Below, piece after piece: positions 39,208 through 51,575 of a stretch of DNA of 64,000 nucleotides. Origin of the DNA: Vicugna vicugna. Its lineage: Eukaryota. Position 1 is the stretch's first letter, and each line of letters opens with the position of its first letter. The translations under genes and the position numbers were made by a program. Below the pieces are notes generated by a model, which saw nothing but the letters and a program-made list of their open reading frames with translations, did not search any database and was not told the DNA's origin. The stretch lies in the NCBI GenBank assembly GCA_013265495.1, contig MU063009.1:581560-645559 (forward strand), given 5' to 3'.

Positions 39208-39934
39208 CTGAGCAGCGTGGAAGAGAAAAGAAAAACAAGTGGGCAAAAAGCGAAGGAAGAGCTGTTTCAGTCTTGTAGGCAAGAGTCCCGTGGAAGCCCT
39301 GCGGGAAGCCCTGCATCCCCCCACCCCCACCACGGGAGCTTGCATGAAAATTCCTGATAACCACTGGGTCCGAGCGGGAGCCCTGGGGACTGGATAAGAG
39401 GGCAGGCCCTGGGACTAAGCGAGCATCAGGGCTGGGGGCTGGGGGCTGGGGACTGGGCAGGGGACAGTCAGGGCTCCACGCTGCCCCTGGATGCTTTCTT
39501 CTGTCCTGACCACAGCACTGGGCTCCTTCCTGGAGCCCCTTTGCTCGGACGAGGAGGTCAGAGTATGATGAGGATGGGGAGGGGCTGGCATCCCTTCTCA
39601 CCCTACAGGGGCGGGTGTCCACAGACCCTGTTTTGCCCAGAGGGCACCTCCGCAGGCCACTGCACCCCTCGCCCCGACCCCACTGGCTTTGCTGACTTGG
39701 CCCCGCCTTCCCTTTTCCAGGCTCCACCCACCCGCCACCAAAACCAGGTATTCCCATGTGCTTGTTCTCCCATCCGAGGCCAAGTCTCCCTTTGCCTTGC
39801 CAGGCACCACAGACGTTTCTGCTCTCCGTGCCAAGGGCTTTGGGGTCAGAGCTGGACAGAGCGCCTGTGCCGAGTTGCCCTCCCCTCCCTAGTGCTCCTT
39901 GAAGCAAACCAGGGCACTCCTGGGCCACCCCTAC

Positions 39935-40080
39935 CTTGACCCGGCTGACGGCCTCCTGTGCCTGCATCATTCGAATGTTTTTGGAAGGATTCCGTTCGGA
40001 GAGCAGCTGGGTGGACCCCAGGTAGTTGGCAGCAAAGATGATCCCATCAATGAGGTCTTCTGGTTCACAGGGGCCTGGAA
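39935..40080 (-). CDS. APBA2: APBA2 exon, start of PTB ([49 protein letters not shown])
   Basis: 146 nt, phase 1 to 0, cttcag| and |gtaggg flanks. Confidence 0.97.
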
Positions 40081-42294
40081 CTGAAGATGGCAACAATTAT
40101 CAGCTCCCTGGACGACAGAGGAACGAGGTGGTGGAGAAGGCAGAACCATGACCTCGTGGTCGTCGTCTGCAGCCAGCGGTCGGAGGCGGGTCTCCCGCCC
40201 TGGTTCCTCCATGGGGCACCGTGCAAGTAACTGCAATAAATCGACACCCGGGCCAGGAAACCCCGCACCCGCGGTGTCAGGGGGACAAGTCTGGCATCCC
40301 GGGCAGCAGTCACTCAAGGCACCTGGGCCTCCAAGGGGACACCACATGCTGCAATCCCAGAGGCGCCCTTTCCCGGATATCCCCACGCCTGCCCCAGAGC
40401 CCTCAGTCGTCAGGACGGTAATGGGAGACTGCTCACTGCCCTCCACCCACTCGGCTTCTGCACCGCAGGGCTCTGGCGTGCCGCAGCCTTCCCACAAGGC
40501 CTGTGGGGCCCCTCCCCTTCAGTACAGCCCAGGTCCAGGCTGGGGAATGTGGTCCTGGTTCGCCCTGCTGTCAGAGGCCAGAGCTGTCAACAGCCTGACC
40601 TGGAAGGTTCCATCTTGGCGCTGTTTACTACGGGAACCACTGGCCTCAGGTGGCTTTTGAGGACCCAAACAGGCTAGTGCACCAGAGGAACTGAATTTTA
40701 ACATTGTATTGCAATCCAAAGTCATATGCACAGAAGCAGCCAGGTGTGGCTAGGGGCTCCTGGACTGCACGGACAGCTCGAGGTGAGAGTCAGCCAGCCT
40801 CTTCTGCAAAAGGCCAGATGGAGGAGACCTTTGGCTCTGCAGTGCACCTCTGCATTTGTAGCATGAAAGCAGGCCTGCCTGTGCCCCAGCAATGCTTGGG
40901 ACACAAGATCAGGTGCCAGGGGAATCTGGCCCCCAGTCCACAGTCTGCCAACCTGCAGGACATCACTCAGCCTCTCTCTCACTGCCCACCTCCAGCCAGA
41001 GCCCTTTCCTTGGACACCTTGGCCTTGGCTCTTGGGCGTCCTTCCATCCTGAACTGGCCTGCCCAGAGCCCCTCCGGTGTCCACAGAGCTGGCTGTGCCA
41101 TGGATCCCCCCGCCCTCAGGACCAGCAGCCTCCTGCCAACCCAACCTTCAGCCAGGGTTCCATGGTCTCACTTCTGACCCACCCTGTTTCTGAGACTGTC
41201 CACTCATCCACCTTGGACACCTCACCCACCAGCTCAGTACCACCTGCCCCAGACCTCTGACCCCGTGCCCCCACATCCTATCTGTCTGCCCTAGGGGTTC
41301 GGCAAAACTGCAACGACGTTTCCTTGGGCCCTGAGGCTGGAAACACCATCCCCCCTCCCCACCCAGTAAGGCAGTGGTTCCATTACAAATTCATGGCCTT
41401 CAGTGCCCACAGAACTCCTTGGCAACCCTGACAGGCTCCTCTGGGAAGCTCTCCCTCTGCCCTCCGTGCAGGCTATTTCATTCCTTTCTCCAGCCCCTTG
41501 AACTTCTGGCTGCCTCTCCCGGTCTGTCCTCGACAGAGCATCACCTGCTCCCAAATACGCCAATGCCCCCGTGTGGTGGGCGTCTGACCAGCCCCTCTTT
41601 GGGGTTCCCTGGAGGCAGTGAGGTCCCTACCTGGGGTCTAAGGATCACCTGAGACCCCATCCCTCTCCCTTCGGGATCCCATGTCTCCCACTGTGCACTA
41701 AACCAAGTCCCATCTCAGGTCTCCCCATGACTTTGAAATATCCTCCAGTCTCCCCAGGCAGAGTCAAACCCTCCTTCACCACAGTCCTGCCTGCAGTGGG
41801 CTCCCCCACTCTCCTCCCTCTGGAAGCCCAGTGTCTACAAAGATCTGCCTGTCTGTGTCCACACTCCCTCCTCAGCCCATCCCAGCCTGGCCACTGTCAC
41901 CACCACTCGTGGACACCACAATGCACACAGGGCAGCTGGGTTTCTATGTCCACAGACTTGCAAAGGACATGGTAGCAGTCTGAACCCCAGCCCCACACCC
42001 TCAACATCCACCTGTGGCTCCCCTGGAAGGGCCCCAAGGGATGTCCATCTCAACACACCCAAAGCAAACCCTGACCCTTCTCCATGCCAATCTGGTTACC
42101 TCCCCAGCCCTGATCTCAAAGCAACCTGGCCACCCACCCAGCAAGGCCAGTCTTCACCCCATATCCACCCCCTCCCAAGTCCTGTCCATTTCACCACTAA
42201 ACTGAACAGGAGTCTGTCCACTTTCCCCAGTTCTGCCACCACCATCATCCCATTCTCTCTGGTCAGTGACAACCATCTTCAACCAGCCCATGTG

Positions 42295-42655
42295 AATCAC
42301 AGTGGACTGTGTGTCTGTGTCCCCTGATCCCCAATTCATATGTTAAATCTCAACCCCTAGTGTGACAGGTAGTAAGACGTGAGGTCTTGGATAGGTGATT
42401 AGGTCACGAAGGTGGAGCCCTCCTGAGTGGGATAAGTGCCCTAATCAGAGAGATCCCAGACAGCACCCTTGCCCACTTCTGCCAGGTTAGGACAGAGAAG
42501 GCAGCCGTCTGCAGCTTAGGAGAGGGCCCTCACCAGACGCAGCCATGCTGGCCCCTGAGCTGGCTTCCAGCTTCTAGAATCGTGAGCAACACTTTTCTGT
42601 TGTTTACATGCCACCTAGAATGTGGTGCTTTGTCTCAGCTGCCAGGATAGAGACA
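42295..42655 (+). mobile_element. MLT1-family MaLR solo LTR
   Basis: gtgattaggtcacgaaggtggagccctc...gcttccagcttctagaatcgtgag...agaca; boundaries approximate. Confidence 0.78.
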
Positions 42656-42673
42656 GGGATCTGCTGCCCACAG

Positions 42674-42694
42674 GCTGCTCTCCATGGTGCTGAG
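42674..42694 (-). promoter_or_regulatory. RE1/NRSE (REST) motif
   Basis: CTCAGCACCATGGAGAGCAGC on -, versus consensus TTCAGCACCACGGACAGCGCC, with canonical spacing. Confidence 0.55.
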
Positions 42695-45587
42695 AGGGCC
42701 TTGAGACCAGAAACATGATCATTCTTCCTCCCCTGCTTGAAGCCTCTAAGGGCCTACCACTGCTTTCAGGACTGGAGCCCCAAAACCCAGGGTTCTGGGT
42801 CCAACGTACATGCCCGTGGGGGTGGGAGAAGTCTCACTGGCCTCTCACCCCAATGTCAGCAGAGCCCTAGAAATGGGGGTCCCAGCTCCTGCCTGAGTCC
42901 CCACTCCAGTTGCCCGGGCACTGCGAGCTGGGGATGCCTGGAAAGATATCTGTATGTTACACTTTCATTCGAACAAACTTCAGCTCCATGGACCTTAGAC
43001 TCAAGCTCCAAAATCAGTCCCAGCCTGTGCCCTTTAGCCTGAAGAGCCACATCCAGGGTTCACACAGCAGACAGACCTACATGCCAGGACACTGCAGATG
43101 CAAAAAGCAACAACCATCTCTTCACACCAGAACCACAGCACTTGTACAGAAGTCGATTCTATGATGTGCTTTAGAACATGGTGAAATATTCTGAAGTTTC
43201 AAAGAAAACTAACATTAGTAACAACGGGCCCTGGCAGGTCCCAACTCAGGAATGCCCCAGGTCAGCTCCCGTCCTGACAGCACAGATCTGGGGGACCCCA
43301 GACATCATGACACCACTGCTCTGGAACCCCCATTCTCCCCATTGACTCTGACATCCTCCCCAGCTGTGCCCAGAGGATACAGCCCCTCCCCTTGGTGCTT
43401 CCTCCAGGAATCTCTGATAACACTTGTGGATGCCTCAACTAGACCCTCAGGGAACTGGACCCAAGGCACTGCCCCCTCAGCCCCTCCAGAGCCCGGTCGC
43501 CCAGTCTGTGTAGGTCACAGATACTGTCCCCCACAAACGGACACCTGGTGACCCCCACAGCATGCTGGTGGACTTCCCACAAGTCTTAGCCCCATCTCTG
43601 CCATCCGTGTCTGGAGGAAAGGAGCATGAACTGGGAGGAAGGGGTGCCTTTCCAGAGCCTTGCCCCAGTGGGGAAGATGTGAGCCTAAGCCTGCAGGGTA
43701 AGCACAGCCCCTCAGTATGACCTCCCCACCGCCACTCTGTTCTGGGGGAAAGTGCAGGTGGTCCCAGAAGCCCTGGAGTAACAGCCCATCCCACACTCTC
43801 AGCCAGTCCTCGGCAAGTGTCCCCTTGCCATGTCCATGGGGCGGGGGTTCACGTGGCACTCTGTGGCCCCCATCCCTGGGGATGAGGGGTCAGCCTTCTG
43901 AGGCCTCTGTCTCCTAATGCCCCCTTGCCCGTTCCCCAGGGTGACCTTGGTCAGCTCCCGGACCTCCCCAAGGTTCACGCTCCTGTCTCGCTCCATGTCC
44001 CAGAGGAGGTTTATCAAAGGCTGGCCCATCTCCTCACCGGATCTGGGGCCCACCTTGGGGTACAGACTGCTGTTGTGAAGGACGCCCCATCCCAGGCAGT
44101 AGAATCCACCACCCGCACCCACGGACACCTCCCTGGGAAGAGGCCAGGGGAGGACTAGAGGCTTTGTTGCAACCCCAGCAGACACCCATCTCCGCAGGGG
44201 TTCCTGTCACTCCTACCTTGCTCTTTCTTCAAATGGAAAACACCTCATACAACAGTGTCTCAAGCATCCCACCCGCCTGGACACTCATTAGGAAGCAGAG
44301 AGGAGCGGCCAATGAGGGGGCGTGGATTTCAGGATCTCAGACACAATCCTCAACTCCAATCATGACATGCAGAGCAAGGATCAAACAGCCTCCATCTAAG
44401 ACTGAAGTGGCTGGCCCTGCGTGTTTGAGAATAAATTGTTTTTCTTTTGCTAGATTCTTGAACCAACCCTAAGCCACCAGAGGGAGACAGGACAACAAAA
44501 AACAGAGATAGGTTTAAGGGAGATTCTCTCTCCTCAGAGTGATTTCTCCTATTAATTTCCTTTCTATTGCCTAGTATGTACACACGTGTATCAGAACATC
44601 TCTGCGCAGCTTGGACAAGAAGAATAAGGTGCTCAGTGTCTTCCCTGCTGGAGGAAGCCTTCATCGGAAGCACCCATTGGAGAAACAGGGCAGAGGTGGG
44701 GGTCCCCCAGAGCCATGCCTAGAAGCTCCCCACCGCCACCTGGGGAATGATTATCTGGAAAGGGGGTGGTCAACAGAGGCTTCAAACAGTGGCTCGGCCC
44801 CAGATGGTCTCACTCACCTGTGCCTGAATCTCCCTGGGGTCCTGGAGGGGACCACTAGGGGAGGGGGCAGAGCACAGACATGTACAGTGGTGTAGGTGTG
44901 AGTCTGAAGGCCATGGAGGGCAGCCTGCACCTCGACACCCCAGACCCCTGTGCAACATCTGTTCCATCCAATCCTCCTCAAGTCCATGAAGCAGACCTCA
45001 GTGTCCTCATTTGACAAATAAGAACAGTCTATGTGGGGTCAAATCATTTTGCCCAAGGTCACCAACACTGATTCAGGCACAAAGCACTTCTAAGCTCTTG
45101 TACATGAGGACCTATGCTGTGACAGGAGACAGGGAGCTCATGGGCCGAAGGTCCCACAGTCACAAAATAAAGGTATCAGGGTGCCTTTGCCTTTGCCCAT
45201 GGTGAGAGGCATGAACGAAACACACAGTGCCCAATGAGATGCAGCAGGAAGGGAGCTGGGATGGCTGCCCTTTGAGCGAGATACATGGAGAATGAAAGGA
45301 AATCAACAAGCTGTGGATGGAAAGGAGGAGCAAGCTTCCCAATCTGTAGCAAGAGCAGGTGCAAAGGCCCTGGGGTGGCAGGAAGAAGTGCAAACTGCCT
45401 GGGGTTGGGCAGCTGGTTAGGACTACTCGAGGCTGCAGAGCACATGTCGGTGGGAATGTGAGCATCCTGCGGCCCCACTCAGGACTGTCACTTAACAGGA
45501 TTGGTCAGGGAAGGAGCCCAGCCTCTCTGCCTTTAGAAGGTAACTCAGGCTGCAGAGAGGCAAACTGCAGGGTCCTGGCAAGTGAGG

Positions 45588-45608
45588 GATGATGATGATG
45601 ACGATGAT
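45588..45608 (+). repeat. (GAT)n microsatellite
   Basis: (GAT)4 GAC (GAT)2. Confidence 0.85.
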
Positions 45609-46694
45609 GGTATGGAACAGGATGATGGTAAAGAGACAGACAGCGACAGACTGATTCACCATGGAGGTTCAAGCAACAGGACTGGGAGGGGGACTGGAGG
45701 AGGAAGAGGAGGGCTGCGACTCACTGTGGAGGGGCCCTGGGAGAGGGCTGAGCTCGGGGTGGGGATTCCGGGCAGGTCTAGTGGCAGGAGCCCAGAGTAT
45801 CCCCAAAAGCTCAGAAGGCAGCGCGACTCGGGAGTCCCAGGGAACTGCGTGTCGGTACCAAGTGGAGCCACATGGGGGAAAGAATCATCAAGGCGGGTGG
45901 GGGGGTGCGCTAGGTGGGGCTGGGCTCTGCCAGCTCCAGTGCTCTCCATCCAGGCGTTGAAAGGAGAAACGGCAGGAAAGGCAGACAGACAGAAGGTGGA
46001 GGGAGTCCAGGAAAGGAAGGGCCTTATTAAGGGAGGTGTGCCCGGCTGCACCTCGGGCTGGTGGGAGGAGGAAAGGCGCCCGGGTGCTTGTCGAGCAGAG
46101 GGATAAGGAAGCTGGCAGTGACCTTGGAGCACTGACCCTGCACAGAGGGCTTCAGGAGCATGAGGGATGATCAGGAAGGAGGCAGCTGATCCCAAATGCC
46201 AGTTGGGAAGACGAAGAAGGGGCAGTGATGACATGGATGGATGCAGGACCGGACGCTGGGTTTGGAAGGCAGTGGGAGGGGGAGTGGAAGACACAGGGGA
46301 GAAATGATGTTAGATGGACTGGCTGGGGCTCCAAAGAGCAGAGGAGGAGCCGCAGCCCTGATTCGACGGGGTGTGGAGGAGAGACGGGGAGCAGGAGCAC
46401 GGAGGCCACGTCCAGGCCACACCCAGACCAGTGGAAGAGCTGCCCTGGGAGGGGTCTGCAGTGGGGAGAGGAGGCAGGAGGGGAGGAACATAAGACTCAC
46501 GAAACTGGGCATCAGGGCAGACCTAGGGTGTGACATCGGGGCCATGGATGGGTTCTGCCTGCCTCCAATGCCTCTCCTACCACACCAGCCTGTCCCAGAG
46601 CCAGACGATGTCCTAGAGCCCTGGGGCTGTGCCTGTGAGAAACCACTGAAGGTTAAAGGGGTCCTGTAAGACTGACATAAAAGAGAAGACGCTG

Positions 46695-46859
46695 GAGGAG
46701 GGAGAGCATAGCTCAGTGGTAGAGCGTGTGCTCAGTGTGCACCAAGTCCTGGGTTCAATCTCCAGGACCTCCATTAAAAAATAAATAACCTAATTACCAA
46801 CCTCTCAAAAATTAAAAAATAAAGTAAAAGAAAAAATTTTAATTAAAAAAAAAAGAGAG
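46695..46859 (+). mobile_element. tRNA-derived SINE (Vic-1-like)
   Basis: tagctcagtggtagag and gggttcaatc boxes, A-rich tail, TSD agagaagacgctg at 46682-46694 and 46860-46872. Confidence 0.9.
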
Positions 46860-47205
46860 AGAGAAGACGCTGTCTGAAAACCAGACCTGTGTGTCACTTC
46901 TAGGGAGAGGCCACGCCGGGATCTGCAGGGCGAGTCTGGGCATCACTGAGGAAAGGTCTGCGGGATCCACCAGGTGGGGCAGCAGACACTGGCCACCGGC
47001 AGGAGGCAATTCAAAAACTGGGAGTCAAGGAAGGAAGGTCAAAGCCAAGCCCAATTCAGTGCATAAATCTGCCCAAGACAGGTCCTGGGCAGAAGCGTCT
47101 TGTGCTTGGGAGAATTCCTTCCCAGAAAAAGTAGAATGAATAAAAAAATCTGGCCAAAAGAGGAAAAGGCGTAGACATGAGGCTGTCTGCTGCAGTGCTA
47201 TTTGT

Positions 47206-47211
<6 letters not shown>

Positions 47212-47253
<42 letters not shown>
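47212..47253 (+). repeat. A42 homopolymer inside an old L1 fragment
   Basis: Counted directly; the flanks read as continuous L1 sequence (ctatttgtaacagc|A42|ctggaaac). Confidence 0.85.
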
Positions 47254-47255
<2 letters not shown>

Positions 47256-47599
47256 GGAAACCGCCCAACTGTTTCCACACAGGGACATCCGGTCTGCACA
47301 GCGGGGTCTCTGGAGCATCACAGAGTCCTCTACACTCTGCCCTGTGGGGGGAATTTGGTATCATCTCTTGGATTTAGGATTCAGCGAAAAGAGCAAGATG
47401 AAGAAAAGGGTGTTTAACTCATCACCTAAGAAAGGGGAAGATAGGCTTATAATTAAAATACGGGCGATGTTAAAAATGCTTACCTGTTGTGGGAGAAAAG
47501 GATTTGGGGGAAGCGGTCATAGGGGAAGAAACCAGATATCTCTGCATATACCCTGTTTTAAATATTTGATTTTTGAACCCTGTAAGAATTTTATATAAT

Positions 47600-48728
47600 T
47601 ATAAAACAAGATTAAAATTTGAAAAGCATCCAGAATATATTAACAGATCATACAACTTCATAAAAGAAACCCAACCCAATTCAAAAATGGGCAGAAGACC
47701 TAAACAAGCAATNNNNNNNNNNNNNNNNNNNNNNNNNNNNNNNNNNNNNNNNNNNNNNNNNNNNNNNNNNNNNNNNNNNNNNNNNNNNNNNNNNNNNNNN
47801 NNNNNNNNNNNNNNNNNNNNNNNNNNNNNNNNNNNNNNNNNNGAAAGTNNNNNNNNNNNNNNNNNNNNNNNNNNNNNNNNNNNNNNNNNNNNNNNNNNNN
47901 NNNNNNNNNNNNNNNNNNNNNNNNNNNNNNNNNNNNNNNNNNNNNNNNNNNNNNNNNNNNNNNNNNNNNNNNNNNNNNNNNNNNNNNNNNNNNNNNNNNN
48001 NNNNNNNNNNNNNNNNNNNNNNNAACTCTAATTCGAAANNNNNNNNNNNNNNNNNNNNNNNNNNNNNNNNNNNNNNNNNNNNNNNNNNNNNNNNNNNNNN
48101 NNNNNNNNNNNNNNNNNNNNNNNNNNNNNNNNNNNNNNNNNNNNNNNNNNNNNNNNNNNNNNNNNNNNNNNNNNNNNNNNNNNNNNNNNNNNNNNNNNNN
48201 NNNNNNNNNNNNNNNNNNNNNNNNNNNNNNNNNNNNNNNNNNNNNNNNNNNNNNNNNNNNNNNNTATCATATGATATCATTTACATGTGGAATCTAAAAA
48301 ATGATAGAAATTTTATTTACAAACCAGAAATAGACTCATGGACATAGAAAATAAAACTATGGTTACCGAAGGGGAAAGGGCAGGGAGGGATAAATTAGGA
48401 GTTTGGGATTAACACATACACATTACTTTATATATATAAGAAATATACTACATATATATAAAATAGGTAAACAACAAGGTCCCACTGTATAGCACAGGGA
48501 GCTATATTTAATTTCTTGTAATAACATATAATGGAGAGGGAAGGGTATATAGCTCAGTGGTAGAGTGCATGCTTAGCATGCATGAGGTCCTGGGTTCAAT
48601 CCCCACTGCCTCCATTGAAAGAAAAACATACAATGAAAAATAATCTGAAAAAATGTACATATATGTGTACATACAACTGAATCACTTTGCTGTACTCCTG
48701 AAACTACACAACAATTAAAAATAAAATT
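47600..48728 (+). mobile_element. L1 3' portion (ORF2 end and 3' UTR), partly N-masked, with a nested SINE
   Basis: aaaatgggcagaagacctaaac; tatcatatgatatcatttacatgtggaatctaaaa; tactgtatagcacaggga-like motif; A tail. Confidence 0.85.
48534..48624 (+). mobile_element. tRNA-derived SINE nested in the L1 3' UTR
   Basis: A/B boxes; TSD aacatataatg (48523-48533) and aacatacaatg (48625-48635). Confidence 0.88.
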
Positions 48729-51027
48729 CGAAAATAGACAGGTAACTCACATCTGAACACAAAGACACGTCCCTGAGGCTGCTCACTGCGGTGCTGACCA
48801 GAAACCACCTAACCATCAGTCTGTAGGGCACTGGTTAATGCACCATAACACGTCCTGGTAACTGAATCCCGTGCTTTCTCTTAATTAGGTGGATCTCTAG
48901 CTGTTGTCTCCGAGATCGACCAAGGAATGAGAAAGCTTAGTGCAGACCCATGTGGCCAGTGCAATACCTCTTTTAAGAAAAAAGGTCTCTATATAGGCTT
49001 ACATATGTCCAGGAAATTTCTGGAAGGCTTCACCAGAAATTCAGTAGTGGCTTCCGCAGCAGACAGGGATTAGGGGCCTGGGGTGTGCAGACAGAAAAGG
49101 AGGTACTACAGGGATTTCCAGGGTAGGTTTTATATTCTTATTGGCTATTGGCTTGAACCAAGCACAGTTCAGAGAAATCTTACCAAACCTTAGAGAACGG
49201 AAGTTCCTTTTAAGATAGGTCCAAGTCCTGTTCATGCTGACCAAATGGAATACTGGAGACAAGATTTTGACAAGACGTTCCTTTGTTCGTTTGTAACAAG
49301 GAAAAGTCTTTCTTGTTTTCAGAATCACTCTTTGTATCCTCTGCTCCCTCCTGGCCTCCCAGGTTTACCTGACTTTTGTCATCTGAACCAGAGCATCTCA
49401 GACCTACGGTCACCAGTCTGCCCAGGACTGTTCTGGGCTCAGGACTCCCGCTTCTCTCATGGGCTGAGAACTGCCTTCAACGTAAAAGTCTTATTGGAAC
49501 AGGTTCACCCCAACTGCTTATTTTAAGAGCAAACCCAGGCTCAGATCGGAAGTGCCCACTGGACGAAAATAGCCAAGTGGCTTCTTCACCACAGTGAGGA
49601 CCCCGAAGAGAAGGAAGGTGTGAGGTGAGCTCAGCCCCTGGCCTGTAAGTCAGGGACAGGGACCCCCAGGATCTCCCAGCACCGGGGTGGGAAGTTGACA
49701 AGGTATAGACAGGGTGTAAGGACCCTTTCAGGGGGCCCTGGGACTTGAGGACCACCAGCATCCTCGCAGGAGTGAAGAGTGTGAATGGGACGTGGGTGTT
49801 TCAGGATGTCTTCCGAGAGCCTTAGCTGCTGGACCAGGAGGAAAACAGTGTGAGGGACCAAACACGATCTATCAGCCTTTGATATTTTGTGCTGAAGTGC
49901 CACTGTTGGGCTCCATTCTTCCAACCTTTGGCTTTAGTGAGCACATTTCTGATTTTATAAAAAAGTGAGACTTTCACACACACTCGCTCGGAAGCCGATG
50001 ACCATCTGGCCCACTTGGATGCAGGCTGCCGCCGCCTCCATGTCCTGAGGGAGGGGACACCCTGGGGCTGCCTGCCGTTTCTCACTGTGCTGGCAAAGGG
50101 GAGAGAGCTCTGTGCAGGCCCTCCCGCCAGGGGTACCCTGCAGTGTCAACCTTCCAGACCATGAGGGTCTGGGATGGCCAGCGTTTTCCCGTGGACTGTG
50201 GTCACCACAGGGCTCTTCCCTCGAGGCCTCTGGGACTCTGAGCCTGAGAGGGGCCAGCAGCTCTGACATCCAGAAGGTTCTCCTTGGTGGACTCCCTGGA
50301 ACGTGGGGTGTGTGTCTTCACCAGGGAAGCATGCCCTCTCCCGCTGCACACAACGGGCTGCTCAGGCAGGATGGCAAGGGCAGGGGGAGCTCAGACCTGA
50401 CATCACGGAGCCATCGACCCAGCAGCCCCTAGCCTCTGGACCTCTTTAAACAAGAAGCTTCCCTGTGAGCTCACAGTAGGTGGCATCCCTAACTGATAAA
50501 GGTATCAAACTGGGGATGGATCCCACATTCATTACATGCTAGGGATTTTCATCACTATCTCTTCCTGCTGCTGAGTAAGATTTTTGGTCCTTGAAGTCGC
50601 TGTTGAAAATGAATCCTCTCCTATTAAAGGATGTGTTTTTGCTGTCAGACCTCTATGTTTTCACAATGATCAAAGGGCTTCTCTTGTATATGAAAGTCTG
50701 AATTCAGGTTGTCTGCGCTGGTTTGAGCTGGGTACAAGAAGCATTAGCCGCTCTGCGTTGGTTGGAGGAATCGTTCTCATTTGGTGTAGAACAGTCTGAA
50801 CTCAGACAGAGTAGGCTGTCTTCTGGAATGCTGGCACCTAGAGGTGGGACCCAAGGCACCTAGGCACTGACACTACTTCTGTGTCCCTCTCCACTCCCCT
50901 CCCCTGCAGGTGTGAGGCCGAGTCAGAAGCCAGCAGAGCCTAGTGTCCAAATCACTCCCCAAGACAAACTTGAGGGAGTTTTGCCCAAAGGACACCATGA
51001 AAAGATATGCGGAAAAGTGAACTTCTT

Positions 51028-51446
51028 TTGTGGTGTATACACAACGGAATACCACTCAGCCATAAAAAAGGTTTTAAAATAATGCCTTTTGCAGCAACAT
51101 GGGTGGCCTAGAGATCGTCACATTAAGTAAAACAAGCCAGAAAGAGAAAGAAAAATACCATATGGTATCACTTATATGTGGAATCTCAAAAAAGAAAAAA
51201 GACACAAATAAACTCATTCACGAAACAGAAACAGACTCACAGATATAGAAAACAAACTAATGGTTACCAGGGGGGTAAGGGGATGGGGAGGGCTAAATTG
51301 GGAGTTTGGGATTTGCAGATACAAACTACTATAAATAAAATAGATAAATACCAAAGATCTACTGCATAGCACAGGGAACTATATTCAATATCTTGTAATA
51401 GCCTATAATGAAAAAGAATATGGAAAGGGATATATATATATATCTC

Positions 51447-51478
<32 letters not shown>

Positions 51479-51575
51479 CTCATATATATACATATATACA
51501 TATGAATCACTATGTTGTACACCAGAAACTAACACAACATTGTAAACCGACTATATTTCAATGTTAAAAAAGAAA
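51028..51575 (+). mobile_element. 5'-truncated L1 with an internal (TA)n compound microsatellite
   Basis: 16-bp TSD gaaaagtgaacttctt at 51012-51027 and 51576-51591; cetartiodactyl L1 3' UTR motifs. Confidence 0.9.

Noticed and set aside
45582-46106. ORF starting MRDDDDDDDG
   Set aside because: The poly-Asp run is just the (GAT)n microsatellite.
46695-46775. tRNA-like sequences (also near 7420, 9360, 48540, 54540)
   Set aside because: They have A-rich tails and TSDs and lack an intact acceptor stem, so they are SINE heads, not tRNA genes.
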